Assembly (NCBI GenBank): GCA_965204345.1
Contig: OZ241981.1
Coordinates: 1,120,001 to 1,184,000 of the forward strand
DNA from: Nitrosopumilus sp.
Lineage (GTDB): Archaea > Thermoproteota > Nitrososphaeria > Nitrososphaerales > Nitrosopumilaceae
Reading direction: 5' to 3'
DNA length: 64,000 nucleotides
Shown: positions 17,771 to 26,347 of the stretch, one piece after another
How the letters are laid out: every line of letters starts with the position of its first letter
How positions within the stretch are numbered: position 1 is the first letter of the stretch
Notes under the pieces: model-generated
The model's input: only the letters and a program-made list of their open reading frames with translations
Told to the model about the DNA's origin: nothing
Databases searched by the model: none
Translations under genes and position numbers: made by a program

Positions 17771-19137
17771 ATGTAAAGTAAGTTCTTTCTTGTTACAAAA
17801 ATGATACCTGTAATGGAAATTATCAATACAAGTATTGCAATACTGCCAAATTCTGGAACAACAACCAATGCAAATTCGGTTTCTTGTCCTGTATTTCTAA
17901 TATTTTCAAATTTGATTATTGTTGGACCGGTTTGATCTTCTGAGAATGTAAATTTTTCAAACTCCCCGCCAATTTGAGTACTTCCAGATACACGATGAAT
18001 TTCCTGTCCATTTTGAAGTATTACAAATGTATAATCAGAATTTCTTAGAGGATCATTTGTTAATCCATCTCTTATAGTAAAAACAAAATTTGTATCAACT
18101 CCTGGTTCAATTTCTAAAGGATCCCATGAAAGATTTATTTTGAAATCCTCACTTTTTGTATATGCTTCCAAAGGAAATACAATAGTTTCACTTGTAGATA
18201 ATCTAAATTTCATATTATCGGGTAATGGGTCACCAGATTTTTTCATTTCATTTTTCATGAATCGTAAGTGATCTTGTAATAAAACAAAATGAATTATTCT
18301 CTCATCATCATCAGTATAGTCATCAACGGATATTGAAGATTTGAATAGTTCTATATCATTTGCAAAAGCAGAATAACTAGGAGATAAAAATTCTGTAAAA
18401 TCTTTTGGAAAGTGAGTTTCTATATGAACAACAGAGACGTGAGACATTTGTTTTTCACTCCAGTCAAAAGGCATCTCAAATGTAACTTCTTTAGCCTCAG
18501 GATTATACTCAAAATTTGAAATTGTATCAAAATAAGATTTTGAGCGAAATTCAACATCATGATTTTCTGCATCTTGTTCAATAAAGGATACAGTCTCAAT
18601 CAGGCTCAAATCCGCATTGTATACTCCAGAATCCTCTATGATGTTTGTAGGTTCATCAATTGTTCTAATTTCAATCTCAAAATTATACAAGCCACTCGAA
18701 GTAAAAAGAGGCCCAACTATTTCAATCGGATTAGATTCTGTTCCATACCAAGCACCTAGTAGAGAATCTTGTTCTCCATTAATTACAAGATTATCGACTC
18801 CAGGCTGTGGTGATATTTTAATAGGCAATACGCCATTTTCTGCAAAGAAATAATTTCTAAAAATCATTTCATCTTTATGAAATAAACCAATAAGAAAGGT
18901 TACATTTTTTGCATTTTCTTTTGTATCATCTTCAGTGGCAGTAATTATGATTTGATCGGACTGGTTTTCAAAATACATTGGCATTTCTACTGAAATGGAC
19001 AATTCCTTTCCTTGAACATCTACAGATGAAATTGTGTCAATACCAAACCCATGGCCATAAACACTGCTTGCAGGAAACAGTAAAGAGATCATTATTGTAC
19101 AAATTCCAAACTTGTTTAAAATCTTCATATTTTTCAT
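17767..19137 (-). CDS. Exported His-Gly N-terminal surface protein, paralog 3, with PEFG-CTERM anchor
   Basis: Signal ...SSVYG|HGFGID; SGLY, SYFD, MPFDW, VVHIE, IHF; VVPEFG-TM-RK. Confidence 0.85.
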   Translation of the reverse strand: MKNMKILNKFGICTIMISLLFPASSVYGHGFGIDTISSVDVQGKELSISVEMPMYFENQSDQIIITATEDDTKENAKNVTFLIGLFHKDEMIFRNYFFAENGVLPIKISPQPGVDNLVINGEQDSLLGAWYGTESNPIEIVGPLFTSSGLYNFEIEIRTIDEPTNIIEDSGVYNADLSLIETVSFIEQDAENHDVEFRSKSYFDTISNFEYNPEAKEVTFEMPFDWSEKQMSHVSVVHIETHFPKDFTEFLSPSYSAFANDIELFKSSISVDDYTDDDERIIHFVLLQDHLRFMKNEMKKSGDPLPDNMKFRLSTSETIVFPLEAYTKSEDFKINLSWDPLEIEPGVDTNFVFTIRDGLTNDPLRNSDYTFVILQNGQEIHRVSGSTQIGGEFEKFTFSEDQTGPTIIKFENIRNTGQETEFALVVVPEFGSIAILVLIISITGIIFVTRKNLLYI

Positions 19138-19147
19138 TAAATCACCA

Positions 19148-19858
19148 TTATTTTACTGTCAATAATTCTGTTACTTGCTGTATTAATTCATCCATAGTTG
19201 TCGCCTCTAAAATTGGCTGAAGCTCACTTGGAGCCTTAACGCCAATTGCAGATAAAGAGTATATGTAATCAATAGTTGGCGTCTCAGTATTCAGATAGTA
19301 TTGCTCTAAAACATGATCCAAGGAATGTGAATCAACAATTTGCGGTAAAGCTTGTTTGATGATTTTCTTTTTCCATAACTCAACTAACATTTTCCATTTC
19401 TCAAGTGAAATGCTTTCATCAATTTCAGGAATCATTTCAACTTCAGCTTGAATATACATTTTTTCCTCTGTTCCGATTTTTTCATGCATTTTAGAAATTT
19501 CTTGATGTCCTTCGACTGAAAGTGGATCATAATTTTCAGGCTGAGTAATGGATGGAGGAATAATCCGTTTTATGTTGAATGAATTTCTTCCAAGGGTTTC
19601 AATATGGAGCTGTAATCCATCAAGTTCAACATCTTCACATTTTGAAATTTTGGTAATGGTACCTACAAGTTTAGGAGAATTCCAACCGTTAATCAAATTA
19701 GTTTCATCAATAAGACATACACCAAATTGACCATCTCCAATCATGCAATCATCAACTAACTGCTTGTAGCGAGGCTCAAAAATTCGAAGTGGAAGTTCTT
19801 GTCTTGGAAATAAAACCAAGTCTAGTGGAAAAATTGGTATGATTTTTGTTTCAGTCAA
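19148..19858 (-). CDS. Lon protease N-terminal substrate-binding domain protein (no protease domain)
   Basis: IPIFPLDLVLFPRQELPLRIFEPRYKQLV. Confidence 0.88.
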   Translation of the reverse strand: MTETKIIPIFPLDLVLFPRQELPLRIFEPRYKQLVDDCMIGDGQFGVCLIDETNLINGWNSPKLVGTITKISKCEDVELDGLQLHIETLGRNSFNIKRIIPPSITQPENYDPLSVEGHQEISKMHEKIGTEEKMYIQAEVEMIPEIDESISLEKWKMLVELWKKKIIKQALPQIVDSHSLDHVLEQYYLNTETPTIDYIYSLSAIGVKAPSELQPILEATTMDELIQQVTELLTVK

Positions 19859-19900
19859 CTACTCATATTGAAATGCCTCTAGATATATGGAATACGGATT

Positions 19901-20830
19901 CTAAAACCCATTTTCATTTAGAGTCATACCTAGTAAAGCAGCACGTGTGTATTTTCCATATTCTGCTTGCTGAAAATATTTGGCATTCTTAGTATTGTCA
20001 ACATCAGCAGAGATTTCATCTATTCTTGGTAACGGATGTAAAATTATCGAATCGTCTTTCATTCTTTGTAACATATCTAATCCAACAACATAGCTTCCTT
20101 TCACTTTGAGATATTCTTCCTCATCAGGGAATCTTTCTTTTTGAATTCGTGTCACATAAAGAACATCAAGATCATCTAGATGTTCTTCGATATCAGTAGT
20201 TTCTGTAAAATCTAATCTTTTTTTAATTTCATAAGTTGAGTCAGATCTGATTCGTAATGATTCAGGAGAAATTAGTTTAACATCGACATCATAGTTACCA
20301 AGTCCATAAAGCAGAGAATATACTGTTCGTCCATACTTTATATCACCGACTATGCCAATTTTAAGGCCATCAATCTTTTTCTTTTCTTTTTTAATTGTAA
20401 ACAAATCTTGAATCGCCTGAGTTGGATGTTCTTCGGTTCCACTTCCTGCATTGATGACAGGTTTATCAGAAATTTCTGCTGCAAATCTGCTTGAACCATC
20501 CAAGGTATGACGTAATACTAGCACATCAGAATAAATTGACATTATTCTAACAGTGTCTGCAAGACTCTCACCCTTTTGAGTAGAAGAAGACGAGATATCA
20601 GAAATTCCTAGAGAATTACCACCAATAGAGGCCATGGCAGAATCAAAACTTAGGCGAGTCCTAGTACTTGGCTCATAAAACAGATATCCCAAAGTCTTTC
20701 CTTTGCAGATATCTCTTCTATCAGCAGAGTTTAGCTGCATAATTTTGTCAGTAGAGCTGAAGATTGTTTCTAACTGGTCTTTGGTATAGTCTTTAATTGA
20801 TATGATATCCTTTTGGTAAAACTCGTTCAT
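19901..20830 (-). CDS. pyrB: Aspartate carbamoyltransferase catalytic subunit
   Basis: FYEPSTRTRLSF, HPTQ, YVTRIQKERF, HPLPR. Confidence 0.98.
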   Translation of the reverse strand: MNEFYQKDIISIKDYTKDQLETIFSSTDKIMQLNSADRRDICKGKTLGYLFYEPSTRTRLSFDSAMASIGGNSLGISDISSSSTQKGESLADTVRIMSIYSDVLVLRHTLDGSSRFAAEISDKPVINAGSGTEEHPTQAIQDLFTIKKEKKKIDGLKIGIVGDIKYGRTVYSLLYGLGNYDVDVKLISPESLRIRSDSTYEIKKRLDFTETTDIEEHLDDLDVLYVTRIQKERFPDEEEYLKVKGSYVVGLDMLQRMKDDSIILHPLPRIDEISADVDNTKNAKYFQQAEYGKYTRAALLGMTLNENGF

Positions 20831-20870
20831 TCTTTCAATAATATATACAGGTGCTATACAAAGTATTCTG

Positions 20871-21332
20871 ATGGAGCAGTCCGACCTTATGGTTCGACGA
20901 ATTAAGGAAGGTACTGTAATTGACCATATTGATGAAGGAAAAGGTCTTCAGGTACTTGGTGCATTAAGAATCAATGGTGATGACGGAAGTTTAATCACAA
21001 TAGCCTTGAATGTTCCAAGTGGAAAATTTAAGAAAAAAGACATTATCAAAGTGGAAAACAAGTTTCTAAAAGATGATGATACAAACAAGCTTGCAGTCAT
21101 TGCGCCAAAGGCAACAATCAACATGATTAAAGAATACAAGTTAGTAGAAAAGAGGAGAGTTTCATTACCTAATGAAATTGATAGAATTTTTAGATGTTCA
21201 AATCCAGACTGCATTACAAACAGTACAGAACACATTGAATCAGTAATGGATGTTATTGATAAGGAAGGACGGGTGTTAAAATGCAGATATTGTGGAAGGG
21301 TTTTAGATGTAAACCAACTAAAATATAATTAA
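20871..21332 (+). CDS. pyrI: Aspartate carbamoyltransferase regulatory subunit
   Basis: IKEGTVIDHI, KKDIIK, CSNPDCIT...CRYC. Confidence 0.97.
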   Translation: MEQSDLMVRRIKEGTVIDHIDEGKGLQVLGALRINGDDGSLITIALNVPSGKFKKKDIIKVENKFLKDDDTNKLAVIAPKATINMIKEYKLVEKRRVSLPNEIDRIFRCSNPDCITNSTEHIESVMDVIDKEGRVLKCRYCGRVLDVNQLKYN

Positions 21333-21370
21333 ATAAAAAATCTAAAAATTTGAAAAATTTGTAGTTTGGA

Positions 21371-21676
21371 CTATTGTCCTAAGATGATAAACATCATAAC
21401 TATGCCGTAGATTGCGATTGATTCAACCATACCTACGAAGATGAATACCTTTGACTGTAAAGCTGGGTTCTCACTAATGACTGCAAGACCTGCTGCACCG
21501 ACTTGACCAAGACCTATTCCTGCTCCACCGGCTGCAATACCAAATGCTAAACCAGCACCTAAGAGTTTCATAGAGTCGCCATTAGATACACCATCTTCTG
21601 CTGCAAATGCAACTCCAGTCGAACCTAGAATTGAAATTGCTGATGCTGCCAAAAGTAACATGACGATAGATTTCAT
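21371..21676 (-). CDS. atpK: A-type ATP synthase proteolipid subunit K (c)
   Basis: GAGIGLG, ISENP, ESIAIYG ion-binding Glu; N-terminal signal-like extension. Confidence 0.95.
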   Translation of the reverse strand: MKSIVMLLLAASAISILGSTGVAFAAEDGVSNGDSMKLLGAGLAFGIAAGGAGIGLGQVGAAGLAVISENPALQSKVFIFVGMVESIAIYGIVMMFIILGQ

Positions 21677-21728
21677 TTACGATCAGGCTCCATGATATCC
21701 ATATTTAAATCATGATGAGATGAAAAGT

Positions 21729-21860
21729 TTAGATTCGATCTAAAGTTTTCTTTTTGAATGATGATAGATCGTCTTTTATGGAATTTATGAAATTGTCATA
21801 ATCTCCATCTAATTCCTTCTTTGAACTATCAAGTAATTTTTTTATTTCTTCTTTTGGCAT
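21729..21860 (-). CDS. 43-aa charged helical ORF coupled to atpD
   Basis: Not in the track. MPKEEIKKLLDSSKKELDGDYDNFINSIKDDLSSFKKKTLDRI; TAATG overlap with the atpD stop. Confidence 0.6.
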   Translation of the reverse strand: MPKEEIKKLLDSSKKELDGDYDNFINSIKDDLSSFKKKTLDRI

Positions 21861-22492
21861 TATTTTCCACTTTCCATCTTTTCTTTCACTTTTTTTAACT
21901 TTGCGAATTCTTCTCTTTCCCTCTCTTCAAGAGTAGAGAGAATAAATCGAATATTGTCTTTGTATTGTGGAATAATTACATTTTCTAGTGCATTTAGCAA
22001 TTTTTGTGTTTTTTCTAATGCTTTTGCAAGACTAAAAATAGAATTTTCATATTCTGCTGCTTTACAAATTTTTGGCATTAATTCCTTGATTTGTTTTGCT
22101 GCCCTATCAATGGAAGAGTTTGTGTCTGCAAATCCATAAGGCATTGATTTTGTATCTTTTTCAGTTACAGCTAGTGCCGGGATTTTGACATCAACTACTC
22201 TTCTAACGTGAACGTCTACTTCCATTACAGGCGGGGTAGATTCGGCTACTGAATCAACTGTGTTGGTTCCTAGTGCCAGATAAGACTCGTTAATTGATTT
22301 GTAAATATCTTGTAAGGGATCCCAAACTCCACCTCTTGCTTTGGATGCCTCTTGAATCATCTCTTCAATATTTTTTAGGAGAACTTTGCGTTTATCATCT
22401 AAAATTTGCTGCACCATTACGGCTATTTGGCTTGATTTTTTATATTTAAAAAGTTCAATTTTTGTTGCTGCAACGTTTTGTCCAAATGACAT
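21860..22492 (-). CDS. atpD: A-type ATP synthase subunit D
   Basis: ILDDKR, KTQKLLNALENVIIP, LEEREREEFAKLK. Confidence 0.95.
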   Translation of the reverse strand: MSFGQNVAATKIELFKYKKSSQIAVMVQQILDDKRKVLLKNIEEMIQEASKARGGVWDPLQDIYKSINESYLALGTNTVDSVAESTPPVMEVDVHVRRVVDVKIPALAVTEKDTKSMPYGFADTNSSIDRAAKQIKELMPKICKAAEYENSIFSLAKALEKTQKLLNALENVIIPQYKDNIRFILSTLEEREREEFAKLKKVKEKMESGK

Positions 22493-22496
22493 TTAG

Positions 22497-23882
22497 TTAC
22501 TCTTCCTTGTAATACTGCTCAACGTACTTGTCTTTGATTTTGGTAATCTCACTCTTTGGTAATTTTGACACGATCTTCCACATCAAGGCAAGTGTTTCTT
22601 CAATAGTTCTGTTCTCATCAATTGCCTGTGTAAGGAATTCTTTTTCAAAGGTATCACCTAGCTCCAGATATTTGAGATCAATTTCAGTAAGCCCTGCTTT
22701 GCCTACAATACCTGCCAGTGCTCTTACTTCTTGTGATCTAGAATACGCATCATAAACCTGATTGGAAATCTCGCTGTGATCATCTCTGGTACTTCCTTCA
22801 CCAATTCCATCTTTCATCAATCTGCTAAGACTCATCAAAATATTGATTGGTGGATAAACGCCTTGTCTGAACAAATCTCTGCCAACCACTATCTGTCCCT
22901 CAGTAATGTAACCAGTAAGATCAGGTATTGGGTGAGTGATATCATCAGATGGCATTGATAGAATTGGAACTTGTGTAACACTTCCTTTTCTTCCATTAAG
23001 TTTTCCTGCTCTTTCATAAAGTGTTGAGAGGTCAGTGTATAGATAACCTGGATATCCTTTTCTTCCAGGAACTTCTTCTCTTGCTGCACTAATCTCTCTT
23101 AATGCCTCTGCATAGTTTGTCATATCAGTAATTACAACTAGAACATGCATTCCTAGTTCAAATGCCAAATATTCTGCTACAGTTAGTGCGACACGGGGAG
23201 TAATGATTCTTTCAATCGCAGGATCATCTGCAGTGTTAAGGAACAAAACACTTCTTTTGAATGCGCCGGATTCCTCAAGACTTCGTCTGAAATATTCTGC
23301 TTCACTGTATTGCACGCCAATTGCTGCAAAGACTACGGCAAAGTCATCTTGGGTTCCAACAACACTTGCCTGTCTTGCAATTTGTGCTGCTAAAAGATTG
23401 TGAGACATGCCAGAACCTGAAAAGATTGGGAGTTTTTGTCCTCTAACTAGGGTCATTAATCCATCGATTACAGATACTCCGGTTTGAATGAAATCCTTTG
23501 GATATTCACGTTGTTCTGGATTCATTGGTTCTCCGTTAATGTCTACAAATTTATCAGCAATTGGATCTGGGAGTCCATCTTTTGGGCGTCCTAGCCCATC
23601 AAATACCCTACCAAGTACTTCTTTGGATACTGGCATTTCCATGACTTTGCCTACAAATTTTGCGTTGGTTCCAGAGATTGATAATCCGATTGTGCCTTCA
23701 AAGACTTGGACAATTGCTTTTCCATTTCCTACTTCGAGAACTTTGCCTAATCTTCTTTCGCCTTCTGTGGTTTCAATTTCAACAAGTTCATCAAATGCTG
23801 CATTTTCAACATCGTCTATAATAACTAGAGGGCCTTTGATTTCTGCAATCTTACTGTATTGAACTCCACCTTCTACTGTCAA
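22497..23882 (-). CDS. atpB: A-type ATP synthase subunit B
   Basis: [35 protein letters not shown]. Confidence 0.98.
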   Translation of the reverse strand: MTVEGGVQYSKIAEIKGPLVIIDDVENAAFDELVEIETTEGERRLGKVLEVGNGKAIVQVFEGTIGLSISGTNAKFVGKVMEMPVSKEVLGRVFDGLGRPKDGLPDPIADKFVDINGEPMNPEQREYPKDFIQTGVSVIDGLMTLVRGQKLPIFSGSGMSHNLLAAQIARQASVVGTQDDFAVVFAAIGVQYSEAEYFRRSLEESGAFKRSVLFLNTADDPAIERIITPRVALTVAEYLAFELGMHVLVVITDMTNYAEALREISAAREEVPGRKGYPGYLYTDLSTLYERAGKLNGRKGSVTQVPILSMPSDDITHPIPDLTGYITEGQIVVGRDLFRQGVYPPINILMSLSRLMKDGIGEGSTRDDHSEISNQVYDAYSRSQEVRALAGIVGKAGLTEIDLKYLELGDTFEKEFLTQAIDENRTIEETLALMWKIVSKLPKSEITKIKDKYVEQYYKEE

Positions 23883-25657
23883 TTTGATACACTTACTCCT
23901 GAAATTGATTTGAATTGTTCTTGCATATCTTTATCTAACTGATCAAGTTTTGGCATCTCATCATCTTTGACATCCATTCTTGCCTTAAGTAAGCTGCTCA
24001 CTACCTCTAATTCACGAATGTCAGATAGTGTCGCGCCTTCTTTGAGTGCTTGTTGCCCGTTTTTGTAAAAATCAACACATAATTTCATTAGTTTGAATTG
24101 TTTTTCTGGACTGCAATAGGTATCAACATCATCAAATGAGTTTTGTTGTAACAAAGCAATCTTTACCATTCGTGCAACTTCAAGAATTAGTTTTTCTTCA
24201 TCAGGCAATGCTTCTGGACCTAAGAGTCTGACAATTTCTTTTAGCGTATCTTCTCTTTGTAGGACGCCATAAGTTTCACTTCTGATGTTAAACCAGTCTT
24301 CGCTAATGTTTTCACTCCACCATTTTGCAATATCTGCAAGATAACCAGAATAGCTATTCATCCAATTAATTGATGGGTAATGTCTAGAATATGCAAGTTT
24401 TGCATCCAAGGCCCAGAACGTTTTGATGAATCTCATTGTGTGAGTTGTAACTGGTTCTGTAAAGTCGCCACCAGATGGAGATACAGCGCCAATTAGGGTA
24501 ACTGAGCCGTCACGGTCTGGACTTCCTTCTGCTTTAACACGGCCTGCTCTTTCATAAAATTCTGCCAATCTTGATGCAAGATATGATGGATATCCTTCTT
24601 CTGCAGGCATCTCTTCTAATCTGCCACTCATTTCTCTTAGTGATTCAGCCCATCTGCTTGTTGAATCTGCTACAAGTACAACATCCTTGCCCATATCCCT
24701 GTAATATTCTGCAATTGTGACACCAGTGTAGATACTTGCCTCTCTTGCTGCCACTGGCATGTTACTAGTATTTGCTACAAGAACAGTTCTATCCATTAAC
24801 GGTTTTCCACTACGCGGATCTTTAAGATGTGGGAATTCAACTAATACTTCGGTCATTTCATTTCCTCTTTCACCACAACCAATGTAGACAACAACCTGAG
24901 AATCAGCCCATTTTGCAATTTGGTGCAATGTTACAGTCTTTCCTGTTCCAAACGCTCCAGGAATTGAACCGGTTCCTCCTTTTGCAATTGGGAAGAATGT
25001 GTCAATAATACGTTGTCCAGTTAGGAGTGGAACAGTTGGATCATATCTTTTATTGTAAGGACGTGGTTTTCGTACAGGCCATTTGTGATACATTTTGATA
25101 TCAACGGATTGTCCATCTTTCTCAGTAGTAGCTATTACAGTTTCTAAATCATAATCCCCTTCAGACACAAGGTTTGAAAGTTTTCCACCCACATGATCTG
25201 GTGGTAACATAATAGAGTGTTCGATAAGATCAGTTTCTTGAACGGTTCCGATAATATTTCCTGCAGCGACATCATCTCCGTTACTTGCAGTTGGAACAAA
25301 ATGATATTTTTTTGCCATATCTACAGCAGATGTTGTGATGCCTCTTCCGATGAAGGAACCAGATGCTTTGGATAATTCCCTTAGTGGTCTTTGAATTCCA
25401 TCATAAAGTTGTCCAATAATTCCTGGACCTAATAATACACTAAGTGGATTTCCAGTGCCAATTACAGGCTCGCCAGGTTTTAATCCACTTGTTGATTCGT
25501 ATACCTGAATAAATGCTACATCTCCAGTAAGTCGAATAACTTCGCCTACTAATTTTGAATTTCCTACAGTTACAGTTTCATACATTTTTGCATCAGACAT
25601 ACCATCTGCTCTTACAGCTGGGCCACTTACCCAGACAATTCTACCTTGAGCTACCAT
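23879..25657 (-). CDS. atpA: A-type ATP synthase subunit A
   Basis: GAFGTGKT P-loop, [17 protein letters not shown]; no intein. Confidence 0.98.
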   Translation of the reverse strand: MVAQGRIVWVSGPAVRADGMSDAKMYETVTVGNSKLVGEVIRLTGDVAFIQVYESTSGLKPGEPVIGTGNPLSVLLGPGIIGQLYDGIQRPLRELSKASGSFIGRGITTSAVDMAKKYHFVPTASNGDDVAAGNIIGTVQETDLIEHSIMLPPDHVGGKLSNLVSEGDYDLETVIATTEKDGQSVDIKMYHKWPVRKPRPYNKRYDPTVPLLTGQRIIDTFFPIAKGGTGSIPGAFGTGKTVTLHQIAKWADSQVVVYIGCGERGNEMTEVLVEFPHLKDPRSGKPLMDRTVLVANTSNMPVAAREASIYTGVTIAEYYRDMGKDVVLVADSTSRWAESLREMSGRLEEMPAEEGYPSYLASRLAEFYERAGRVKAEGSPDRDGSVTLIGAVSPSGGDFTEPVTTHTMRFIKTFWALDAKLAYSRHYPSINWMNSYSGYLADIAKWWSENISEDWFNIRSETYGVLQREDTLKEIVRLLGPEALPDEEKLILEVARMVKIALLQQNSFDDVDTYCSPEKQFKLMKLCVDFYKNGQQALKEGATLSDIRELEVVSSLLKARMDVKDDEMPKLDQLDKDMQEQFKSISGVSVSN

Positions 25658-25660
25658 TTT

Positions 25661-26278
25661 CTAATTTCCCACTCCGAATTTTGCTGCAATTTCTTTCCTT
25701 ATTAAAGGCTTCAGACGTTCAATTCTCGCATCGATCGTATTATCAAATGTCATTGCGCCATCTTTAGATTTTACTTTAATTCCTCCAATACAATCAATTG
25801 TCTCAGAAGATAATTCTGCTCCTGAAAATTGGGATAATGCAGACTGGACTACGTCTTTATCTTTTGCATTTGTAGAAATACTAATCTCTGGGGTATCCAG
25901 AATTTTGATTGCTTCTTCAATCAGAGTTTTAATAAGATTTGAATAATCGCCACTGCGATCAGCATTTGCAATTTGCTCCAATGCAGTTGAAAATACCTTG
26001 TCAACTGCTTCTTCTAATGCCATAAGTTGTTTATTTCTGGCCTCCGTATCTGCACTTCCTGTGATCTGTTTTTCGATCTTGTCAGCCTCTTTCTTTCCAT
26101 CTGAAATAATTTTATCATATTCGTTCTCTAATTTTGGAAGAGAATCATCCAGATTTTGTTGGGAGGCATCCAACCCGGATCTTAGATTGGCCAAAATATC
26201 TTCCTCAGAGTTTTTTAGAATTTTGTCAATTGTGCTTTCTAATGCAGAATTAGATGTCAATGGGTGCCGTTTATCCAT
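25661..26278 (-). CDS. atpE: A-type ATP synthase subunit E
   Basis: Coiled-coil N-terminus, IGGIKV, FDNTIDAR; start may be the TTG near 26260. Confidence 0.9.
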   Translation of the reverse strand: MDKRHPLTSNSALESTIDKILKNSEEDILANLRSGLDASQQNLDDSLPKLENEYDKIISDGKKEADKIEKQITGSADTEARNKQLMALEEAVDKVFSTALEQIANADRSGDYSNLIKTLIEEAIKILDTPEISISTNAKDKDVVQSALSQFSGAELSSETIDCIGGIKVKSKDGAMTFDNTIDARIERLKPLIRKEIAAKFGVGN

Positions 26279-26347
26279 AATGGATTTTAATGTTTGGGAT
26301 GTTAATCAGAAAGATATTAAACTAAATGAAAATACCCAAAATTTGTC

